NCBI GenBank assembly: GCA_964035545.1
Contig: OZ037767.1
Location: 4,852,707 to 4,916,706, forward strand
Length of the DNA stretch: 64,000 nt
Direction of reading: 5' to 3'
From: Bugula neritina
Lineage: Eukaryota; Animalia; Bryozoa
Below the pieces are notes generated by a model. That model worked only from the letters and a program-made list of their open reading frames with translations, ran no database searches and was not told the origin of the DNA. The translations under genes were made by a program, and so were the position numbers. Position 1 is the stretch's first letter, and each line of letters begins with the position of its first letter. Shown here piece by piece: positions 54,601 through 64,000 of this stretch.

Positions 54601-57600
54601 GAAGAATTGTGCAGCCAGCCAGTTTGGTTATCCAACAAAATAGATTATTGAGTCCTTATGTACCATAAATGTTTGTATTGTAAATTTCTAGTCAAATTAT
54701 TTAATGATTTCAAAATGTCATTTGCGGGCTACCATAAAATAGATGAGTGTAGGCTAGAATATATACAACTCAATTGTACAGGTATTTCAAAAGACTAAGT
54801 GACACGTGAACTGCCAAACATATTTATTAAATATCCAGCCACTTTTGAAAATCATTAACCCATTTTGTGCAACATGAATATGTCAGTGGGAAATGTAGGG
54901 CCAGTTTTCCTTTTGATATTATGATCTTCCAGTTTAATATTTTCACTTCAAAAGTGGACACGTAGGCAAATATTGGCAAATAGAGCTTTCATGACTTTTA
55001 GACTATTTGAAAAATTGAACAAATGCTGAAACTGCGTTTGTGTCAATAGTACGTGGATTGTTACATGTAATGTGTGTTTAGCAAAGCAAACATGGCCTGT
55101 TAAAATTACTTTGCATTTAGCCATTGTGTTATACTCTGTAGGACTGGAAAGGTAGTAATCAGCAGCTATTCAGAATATTCTGTTTATGGCATGTTTATTA
55201 TTAAGTTTTATTTATTTTAGTAAAATTCTTTTTAAGTCATCTGTTGAAAGCTCAAAATATAGTCTAACAAATATTAAAACTTCTTTTAAACTCGCTGTTA
55301 TACTTTTATTGTAAAAACTGAATTCTTAACAACTGCTAGTGGATGTCAGCAATCGTTTGTTATAGTGCTGACAGCATAAAATTTTCATTATTTGAGAATC
55401 ATAATCAACATTTATCTTGATTAATTTAATTTTCTAGTTTGCCTGGGGTTTAAACCATCTCGATTTTGGCAACTTTTAATGACACTTTATGTGCATTCTA
55501 GCTCTTAGTATCATTTTCACCTTCCTTGATTTGCCAGTTTGATAATTCTGTTCTACAGTCATCAGTTGCTGCTCTCTAGCTGTCGAGCTTTAGCTCTGCT
55601 GTTTCACATGGCATCAGCGTTTTATATGACGAGGGCAGATATTGCCTCACAATACAAGGATTTGCGATGTTTTATAAATAATGACCCAGTGTCCTTAGTT
55701 AGGCTACAGACACGACCTCAGACTACTTCTCAAGTCAACAAGGTGAGTTTGATTGCTGGACAGCAGAAAATTTACTTCCCTTCCTCTGCTTGTTTGCAGT
55801 GTGTCCAGGCCAATTCTGTGTCTCAATATTAATAGATGAGGGGCTGGTTAACATCTCTATACTAACATTACAAGTGTCATAAATAACTTGCCTCTACTGG
55901 GATCTAAACCCAGGGCCTGGCGCCAAACATTACACCACAGGGGCGTAATCTCAACACTACAAGCATCATCAAAAAGTGACATGCCAAGGTTCTTGCCACA
56001 TCATTGCAGAAAAGGTGGATGTTGTTATGGGATATCATATTGTATTTGTGATGTCATTTCCTATATAGCAAGGAAGTGATAAGCAGGTTCAGGAACTCAG
56101 CTATAAAGTGCGAGACATTGAGAAACAAAATGAGTTACTCAACGGCGAACTTGTTTCTGTCAAGAGCACTCTACAATCGCAGCTTCTTAAGGAAGCCGAT
56201 TTGATAAATGAAAAAGAGGCTCTGTTGAAACAAGTAGCCGACTTGTCTCGTGCTCCAGCTAGTTTTAGAACTGTTAGCGTGGCCTCGAGTCACGTCGCTG
56301 AAGTACGTATCGTGTGACGATAACTCTTCACGTTATTTGTCATGTCTAACAGTTTGATAACCACAAAGTGTTGATACTAAAACATGCTGTAGAAAGTGTG
56401 TGTCTACTAATTTAGTTGGTTTTAAAAATTCTCATAACTTATAGAAAAATGAATAAACAATACTAACACTAAAAATATAGAAGTAACATAGTTGTAGTAT
56501 ATTGCTATTGCAAGCACTTTATTGAACTGGTAAACAAAGAAAAGTGGAATGCATTGCAAAATATTAATTAATCTTTTTTTTTATAAATTGCAATCAACAT
56601 AATCAATACTCATAAATAATAATTCAAAGTGTTCAAGTATTTTTTTATAGAAATTCCACACTCTTTATATAAGTTCAAAATATTTCTCTTTCTAGCTTAC
56701 AAATCTCTACACCTAGTCTAACTGTTCACAAAAGTGTAACGTGCCGTTGGTAGTGTATGTGACTTCCTTTCACACTTGATATCTTATAATCCATATGTGT
56801 GTGTGGAACTTTTGTTATGTTTGATATCCAATCTGTACTCTACATTCTGCATTCTGTTTTTCTTGAATGTTCCCAGTATATCAACATTCTCTTTCTCACC
56901 TAGACGGCTGCATTCCTGCACTGCAGATGCAAGAACGACTCAGCATTGATTAATAACATAAAATGTTTTACAAATTTATTTGCTAAAACATTTTATTTTA
57001 ATAAAAGTATGAAATTTGTATTCAAAAGTTTTCCTTCAAATTTATAAAATGTTTTATTTTTTTATTTTGTAGTCAATCAGATCGGACATTGATCAGGTAA
57101 GATTTGAGTTTTCTCTTTTTAACTGAGTTTTTTCTGTTCATTGAAAAAGGCCGCCAATAATAACTGCTAATTAGGCATTGATTGTGTTAGCCAATTCGGA
57201 ATTATGTAACTTTATCAGATAAGGATTTCACAGGTTCTTAGAATGCCAAGTTTTTGTAAAGAGGTGCCACACAGCTGTAAGTATTCAACAACCACACTTC
57301 CACTGTCTGAATAAATCTGTTGATGCAAACTTAACACTCGTATAAACATATAAATATAAATTTGTTCAATTAATTAACATTACTGTTTTAGAATTACCAA
57401 ACCTAATGGATACATTATTCTTAGTCGTTTAGGACTTTATTTTTGTTAAATCAATGGTTTTAGCTTTTTACAATGACAATGTGGTTATAATATAGTCAAA
57501 AGGTACTGGAGCTGGTAAGGTTCAGGCTAAGGCTAAGTCAAAAGTTGTGGGTAAACCAGTTAAAGTAACTAAGGTAACATTACTGTGGCTTTTGTTGTGT

Positions 57601-60600
57601 GACCAGTTGGTGATTTGTGGTTGTGATTTACTTTTCATATTTTTAAAAAAAATCATTATTTAAATTTCTAAACCATGTTTCATAAGCAAGGTATTGAAGA
57701 ACAGTTACAGCTCAGCAATAATTACAGCATTTTTACTACACATTACTCTTGCTTAAATGCCAGGTATGACCTACTTGGTAAGGTTTTATACCATCAATTA
57801 ATAGTTTCCGGAAAGGATAATAAAATCATGGCTAATAATCTTTTTTATCGACTCAAAATATCAGCCCACTGGCACCTGTGATGATCTTTATTCGTCAACT
57901 TGTTTTTAATCAACAAAATCTGTAACGAATAAATTGATAAAAATTTGATTTCTGTTTCATATCAGGCTTCGTCTGGTGACCCCCAAGCTTTGTTTTTCTG
58001 CCAAGTGATTTTCTACTGCTTATCATTGTGAACACGCAGTCGGTTTATTAATTTTTATTTTAATCTGAAAACTTTTTTCTCAATCTTTTCAGTATATTAA
58101 GTTCAGCAGTTTGATAATCCCATGAATGTGCTTCAGTTTTCTCAGTGATGTCTCCCTTTCAATATCTTTTGTAGCAATGATATCTACAAAACTAAACATT
58201 TCAGTTCAATTATTATAACATTAGTATTTTTGATCAATCTTATGCTTCAACTGCAGAAAAATTCTAAATTACAAACGAGCTTTATAAGTTCTGATGATTT
58301 CTCTATTACCATTTAGTTATTTTATCATAATGATAATTAGGGGCTCCATAGGCTGTTTTTATTTATCTGCAGCTTGTATCTACTACAAGTGATACCTCAC
58401 AGGAACCTAGTTTTAGCGATTCTTTATCCAACTCAGAATTGTCCTCTCATGGTAATGAGTTGACTTCAGGAAGTGGTTTTGAGACCACCAACCATTCAAA
58501 TACTGATAGTAGTGACTCACTAGCAACTAGCAACTGTTCAACTGAACACTCACGTACTGCTAGTCACTCTCTAGTAGTCAGTCACTCAACTGACTCACAG
58601 TCTTCAGTCATTTCTGCAACTTCTACTGATTCAGACCCGTCCTCACTCACTAGCAGCTCCAAATCTGGTTATGGTAGTGTCAAACACAAAAGAGAGATAG
58701 TTCCATCTATTAAGATAAGCAAACAGAAGCCCACAAAACACTCCTCAGATACGGCTCATAATTCAGAGACATGTGCTGATAAAGTTGCGCTACCATTGAA
58801 ATCTAAGCTAAACTCACAGCTAGAAGTGCATGCAGATCTGAACCCTTATGTCTCATGTGGAAAGCAGTCTCTGTCAAAGATTAGCCAAACTAGGAAAAGT
58901 GAATTCAAACACTCTAATAAGGTCTGACTGTTTAGTGTGCATGTCCACCCATCACCACTACTACCACTTTCTCAACAGCATGTCCCCCCCCCCACCACCA
59001 GCACAATCTGAACAGCATGGTCCCCCACTACCACCACTTTTTGAACACCATGGTTCCCAACATCACTACAATCGCAACAGCATGTTCCAGTTACATTTTA
59101 AAGACCGCAGAAGACTACACTGAATATTTATCAGCTGATCCGATGTGCAGCTAGCTAGTTTTGTAGACTACCGATGTTTACCTGTTTTGTTAACCCTTAG
59201 GACTAGACACAGTTGTAAATACTCTGCTAGTTTTACATATATTATCTATATTATAGTAATGTATAAACTATTTGTATTCAAACTGACTATAACTGTGAGT
59301 AAACTGTGTGTATAATATGTAGGATGCAAGAAGTAAAGCTGGAGGTAAAAAGAAAGGAAAGAGTGTAGAGTCTATACCAGGTAAAGAGTTTCTGAACTTT
59401 ATTTAACCCTTGTTTTCTAACCAGAAGTAATTAGAGGGGAGTTTACCCGAATACTAACATAAATTTATACTAGTAAACACTAGTGTCCTCCACTTCTATG
59501 CATTAGTTTATTACCCAGAGAAAGTGCATTACCTAGAGAAAGTGCATTACCTAGAGAAAGTGCATGTTCTGGGGAATTTGTATATTTTAAATTCAACAAT
59601 AGACCCTGAGAGATTCAAATAATTAATTACTTTAATCCTTGTTGACAGTATTTAAAATTGTCAGATTAAGTGATGAAATTGAGTGTTTAATAGAATGTTG
59701 GGTTGCTAATGCCTGTCGGCTTATGCAAAGTCAGTAGAAATGTTTGGCTACTTGTAGATGATGACACTGAGGCAGCTGCACCTGTGCTGAGACCAGAGTC
59801 AGCGGAGGTTAACCTTCCTGATGACTTTGATAACGAAGAGAAATGGGCCTCATACCCCATGACTCAGGCACAGAGCGCTTTTACTAAGTATAGACAATAT
59901 GTGAGTATTTGATGACCTAGGTAATATATGTGAGTAATATAATGCAGGTATATATGTAAGTAATATAATACAGGTAATATGTGAATAATATTATACAGGT
60001 AATATGTAAGTAATATAATTTACAGGTAATTTTTAATTAATATAATACTGGTAATATGTAAGTGACATAATAAAGGTATTGGGCGAATATTGGTTCTACA
60101 TATTAGAGACAAGAAGATGACAGTTGTGGAGTGGTATAATTTATACACATTTTATGTTAAGTAATCGGTAGCTGCAATATTTTCACTTTTTAAAGATAGT
60201 ATATTTAAGCATTTATAGCTTTAAATATCTTTAGACTCTCACATTGAAACCTGCCTTGTTTCATGCAGCTGAGATGCTTCAAGTTATTTTACTATTTGGT
60301 TGTGTTTTGTGGGCATGAATGTCTATACATTATGCACTTTTAGTAATAGAATATGGCATGTGTACTAATCTGGCGGTATACCTGACAATAAATCAGGGGA
60401 TATTACTTTAATAAAGTGTTACATTTTTTGCGGCGAACTCTCATTAATAATTATTTGGCTGTATGAAGGTTACAGGAACACTGCACAGCTATCCTGTACT
60501 CACCAGCTTCTGTCTAGACTTCAACAAAGTTGCAGACTGTCTCCTTACTTGTAATTACCAAAAATTCCTCTTTTTATTATTAATTACCAGAAAGTGTGTT

Positions 60601-63600
60601 GTTGTAATTTAGGTCTGATAGAGAAGTGTGGTGTTATACAGTCTTGTTTTGTTTTGCTTTAGACTCATGGGTTCATCAAAAAGACGGTCACAAGTTTGGA
60701 GAAGAGAACAGAGAAGAAGGTGGGTTGTGACCTGGCAGGTTTATATATAGACTGAAGTTTCGTATCATTTCGTACACCTGGCACTTGGATTGCTATGAAA
60801 TATTACAGAATCATAAAATACTTTTTGAGCCAATATGCATAATGGACAATTATGACTGAATGTCCTTCCTAACATCACAAATGGCCTTCACTGGCCTTCA
60901 AACCATAAACCTTGTTTAATAAGCCAGTGTTCTAATCACTAGACCACTGCTGCTCCCTTTACACCTCTGGTAAACATAAAACTTTATTCATAATCTTAAC
61001 AGATTAGACAACCCCATATATGTATATATATAATAATAGTATAATTATGTATGTTGCAGGTAAACACCCTGAAAGGCCAGTTTCACGAACATAAAAGCAA
61101 ATGGCACTCAGAACGAGCCTTGCTAATAAAGAAAATAGAAGTAGCGCAGAAAATAGTGGGAGAGGCGGAGAAAGAAGCAGACGGAGTGCTGGCACAGCTG
61201 GAAGAGTATGTTGGGGAGACAGAGCAGCAGGTATGACTAACGGTTGCTATGGCAACGTATTTATACTGCAGATTACATTCATATATAGAGAGAGGGCTGG
61301 TAGTTAGGCGATGTTTAATTGAAATTAATTAGCATTTTAGTGATGTTGTTAATTATTCACAGCACTCTGCTGGTACTTGTAATTTCCTTTATCATGTTTC
61401 TTGGAAAAGCACTATTTTTGGAATATGACAGCTATAAGCTTGTAAATGTTTTCTCTCCAACTACCCAGTATTTAATGAGAAGATTTAGTGTTATTTACAG
61501 CATTGACCTCTTTTATCATCACTCCTTGATTTTCTATAAGCCTATTAGAAGTGATTCATTAATTGCTTTGAGAGGTTTATGGTGCTAGTCCATGCATCTA
61601 TTTGATGCTTTAATTAAGCTGCAAATATATGAAACCATTTCAAGTTGGTGCTACGATTGGGTATAAATTTAGAACTTTTATCTATTTTCTAGATTTTTGT
61701 CAAATTGACAGGGATTTTGTTTTGCACCAGCAAACCTTTGAAATTCAAGACTGTTGGTAAAATATTTTAATATTCCGTATGCTATATTAATTAGATTATT
61801 TACGGTTCATATTACAGTTTTATATGCCCTAAATGAATTAAATAAGCCAAGTATAAAGCAAAGTAATAATGTGCAAAGCAGTATAAAAGTATATAAAGCT
61901 GTCATGAACTTAATTATATATAGAAATTTTATTTACTAGATCCAATGGTAGTACGAAATAATTTAATTTAATTTCTGTCAGTCAGTGAACTTTGTTTGAA
62001 AAGGCCTTAATTTGCCATGTTGTATGGCAAAGGTCTCTTACTGACTAACTTATTTGTAATTATTTAAGAACATGAGTCGACCAATCACAGCTGACACGTG
62101 CACTTCTCCGATACCACCACCGCTACTTGTAAGATTTTTGTTGTTAGTTCGTTGTTTTAGTCTTCATCAGACATATTTCTACTGTAACATTTTCTTAATT
62201 ATATAGTCTGCTATTTCAATTTTCTATGACTATATAATTAAACACTAACAATATTTACAGCTTTTCGTGGAAATTCTTTCTTTTTTTTGTTACTTTGGTA
62301 TTGTGTTTTAAAAACATACGAAACAAAGATCGTCTCTAATAAAAAGCAGCCCTGGACTAGATTCTGAGTTTTTAAAATTGTGGGATTAGAAATTTTTACC
62401 TGGAGTCCGAAATGTTTATTAGACATTAAATACAGTTACTTTTGATACCTAATTGAGGAATGTGATAAAAGACTTTTACATCTAATTCTCATTGAAAAGA
62501 CAACTTCAAACTGAAAAGTTCTACTAGTTACTTTCACCAAGTTTTTCATCTCGTCATAATTTCTCACCTGTCAACATCAATCGAGTGCTTCTCAAGGAAA
62601 TAGACTTTAGATGTAAAAAATAATATTATAATCATGATGTGATGAAAGAACGTGCTTAAATGATGCAAAACTAATGTGTGTAAATAAGTTGGAACGTTGT
62701 GCACTAACAGTTGGCAGGAGTTAATTTTTCTGTTGCATAATTCAGGAGAAAGAAGAAGGAGAAAATGCGCTGAAAAGACAGGCGCAGGTGTTGGCCGCCA
62801 ACAAGTCTCCCACTCCAGATCCCACACCTACACCTGATAAAGCATCTGTTCCTTCCCGAGGTGACCTCACTCCTGAGGTGGAGGTAACTCCTGACGAAGA
62901 GTTGCTGCAGCAGACGGATGATGCAAAGGTAAGACAACTACTAACAGAATGGTGTGTTCTTAGAAAACTGCAAATTAGATCTTTACACTAGGGGCTTTAT
63001 TTTGTCCAATGAGCTGTCTATTAGCTTAGAAATTTATATTCTTATTTCTTTCATTAGTGGAGCTTGTTTTAACTAGCATTGGTTCTTTACAAATACTCTT
63101 TGAAATGTAAATCAATGTAACTAATTGTACAAATTATTATTTGGACATTTTGCTTGCCATATTTTTTCACTTCTGTATATTATTTGCTGCAATGTATCTT
63201 TTTCTTCTCCTATGAATGTTGCTTTCAAATGCTAGCCCTTATTCTTGCTTGCTGTATAAATGACAGAGCTTAAGGCAGGAGTCTGAGGCGTCCCCTACCG
63301 TGCCTCTCATGCAGGTGATGGGGTCTAATGGGGTGATAGATCAAACAGACTTTGTTGATCCGTCTCCCAAAGTTGAGACTTATGATCCTAGTCTAGAATT
63401 TGATCATATCACGCCTCTAAGATCTCAGGCTACACCTTTAGTGTCTGAGGCTACGCCTGGTAAAACTGATGAAGAGGTATTTTTGCACAGAGTGGTTGTT
63501 TCCAAAATCAAAACTTTATAGCTGTACTATTGAAGTCACAGTTTAGTGTCCTAATCGCACGCCAATACCTACACTTTGTTATAATACACAGTCTACTCAT

Positions 63601-63911
63601 TGTGTTTAACAAGCACCACATATTCACATTCACATATTCTACTAACAGATGTGTATGCTATTTCCTATACTGTACATTGTCATGTTAGAGTTGTCCATTC
63701 TCTTTTCATTCCGCATTACTTCCTTGCTACTTCTTTTTGTATGTTATATGATAAGTCCTAGTCAGCCTCTAAACATAAACAAAATGCTGCATTTCCTTGT
63801 AAATAGTGGATCATTATAACTGTAACATATATCATGTTGAATATGGTTATACACTCTAAATTATATGTTTACTTTGATTTTTAGGCAGAGTTGAAGAGTC
63901 GAGATGGCCAG
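21672..63911 (+). CDS. Large coiled-coil protein, possibly FAM186-like (at least 20 coding exons, at least 946 aa, continues past window end)
   Basis: Exons: 21672-21833, 22304-22435, 22752-22835, 23414-23610, 25278-25363, 25982-26082, 46310-46477, 47436-47502, 52306-52412, 56069-56302, 57073-57096, 57496-57573, 58373-58921, 59323-59380, 59758-59900, 60663-60719, 61060-61230, 62746-62928, 63267-63476, 63885-63911. All are AG/GT bounded, phases chain without stops, and the product has E/K/Q-rich heptad segments (e.g. KEKEIRELQKKVDMLTLEL, KQELQELKAKHEQEVEKLK). Confidence 0.85.
23961..24049. repeat. ~45-bp tandem duplication (2 copies)
   Basis: actaga(c/t)atcagtgtgtagttagttat(tc)atatacatctaaatgt occurs twice. 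Confidence 0.85.
30957..31146. mobile_element. Small MITE-like foldback (~190 bp)
   Basis: Left gtcaatacttcaaaggcccattagtc versus reverse complement of right gtcaatatttcgaaggccagttagtc (22/26). Subterminal ttcagaccaatgg/ttcagactaactgg repeats. Confidence 0.6.
34405..34997. mobile_element. Degenerate MITE-like element with long (~130 bp) inverted ends
   Basis: Left aaaatagacagattgaaaatggg and aagtccaatatag match the reverse complement of the right end (aaaatggacagatcggaaatggg, aagtccaaaacag). Termini gtct...agac. Confidence 0.55.
36612..39183 (-). CDS. Nested mucin-like type I transmembrane protein (~231 aa; Thr-rich stalk, TM helix, C-terminal PDZ ligand ETAV)
   Basis: Exon 39183-39120 (gccATG...A|GTAAGG, MKKLQATLSLVFRIVTFALSK) splices in phase 1 to exon 37243-36612 (tttacag|TTGTTGTGGAGGCC). 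This gives a signal-like N-terminus ending VVEA|Q, a poly-Thr/Pro stalk, TM YIIIGLAVGVVTLIVIIGITLGILA and tail SQGKFAPAQPILPETAV*. The large exon is solid; the first exon is inferred. Confidence 0.75.
36940..37120 (-). repeat. Coding Thr/Pro repeat (PTTTTTT, 21-bp unit)
   Basis: gttgtagttggtgtagtggtg tandem units on the + strand. Confidence 0.9.
39801..39870 (+). mobile_element. Degenerate tRNA-like SINE head
   Basis: ttagtggttagagcgctgacctag...gggttctaatccc (A/B-box-like), without the family A core. Confidence 0.4.
51531..51740 (+). mobile_element. tRNA-derived SINE copy (family A)
   Basis: gagagcagctgtggtctaggggttagagc...ggtcattggtgatgtt...cattcagtcataat...gggttctcacagggatggcgactataaac. 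Confidence 0.85.
51742..51842. repeat. AT-rich minisatellite (ataatatataatacataagat) at a SINE 3' end
   Basis: Directly visible. Confidence 0.8.
52881..52926 (+). mobile_element. SINE family A, 3' fragment
   Basis: ccctttccatcaggggttctcacagggatagcgactataaac matches the 3' tail of the other copies. Confidence 0.65.
55608..55742 (+). CDS. Putative alternative first coding exon (or poison cassette) of the coiled-coil gene
   Basis: ATG 55608 is open for 45 codons to a consensus AAG|GTGAGT donor in phase 0, matching exon 56069. Acceptor ttctacag at 55551-55558. Confidence 0.5.
59508..59564. repeat. 18-bp tandem repeat (ttacctagagaaagtgca x3)
   Basis: Directly visible. Confidence 0.85.
59896..60065 (+). 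repeat. ~25-bp minisatellite made of splice-donor-like units (caggtaatatgtaagtaatataat)
   Basis: About 6 degenerate units immediately after the donor at 59900/59901. Confidence 0.8.
60848..60957 (-). mobile_element. SINE family A, 5' half only
   Basis: caattatgactgaatgtccttcctaacatcacaaatggcc...ctagaccactgctgctccc is the reverse complement of head plus core. Confidence 0.75.
61243..61256. promoter_or_regulatory. RFX X-box-like palindrome GTTGCTATGGCAAC
   Basis: One mismatch to the canonical GTTGCCATGGCAAC, 12 nt into an intron. Confidence 0.5.
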
Positions 63912-64000
63912 GTAAGAAAATAGTTGAATATAATAAATTATTAAACTTGTTAAATTGTTGAGCTCTCAGTATTTACAATTAATTATAACTTTACTCTTTG

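Noticed and set aside
56904-57045. Possible alternative terminal exon after a strong pyrimidine tract (ctttctcacctag) with AATAAA near 57000
   Set aside because: The peptide is AT-rich and intron-like, and there is no supporting evidence beyond the acceptor.

Overview
AT-rich, intron-rich animal (invertebrate-type) genomic DNA, not prokaryotic. Most of the supplied ORF track is exon fragments or antisense shadows. I assembled five spliced genes by hand from GT-AG junctions with consistent phases. (1) An SLC5A7/CHT1-like Na+/choline symporter on the - strand (ATG 5776, runs off the left edge). (2) Head-to-head with it, a 7-exon, 308-aa membrane-anchored protein whose ectodomain looks like an uninterrupted bacterial family-3 amino-acid solute-binding protein (HisJ/ArgT/ArtI-like), 10090-14415 +. 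This is the most interesting item. (3) A ~671-aa disordered K/S/T/N-rich protein with an 18-bp coding repeat (14947-17750 +). (4) A large coiled-coil gene of at least 20 coding exons (21672 to >63911 +), possibly FAM186-like, with RFX X-box-like sites, micro-exons and an alternative internal exon. (5) Nested antisense in that gene's 20-kb intron, a Thr-rich mucin-like type I membrane protein ending in a PDZ ligand (36612-39183 -). The window also holds a tRNA-derived SINE family (three copies with target-site duplications), three MITE-like inverted-repeat elements, and many intronic mini/microsatellites, some built from splice-site copies. Family assignments rest on motif recognition from memory, not database searches.
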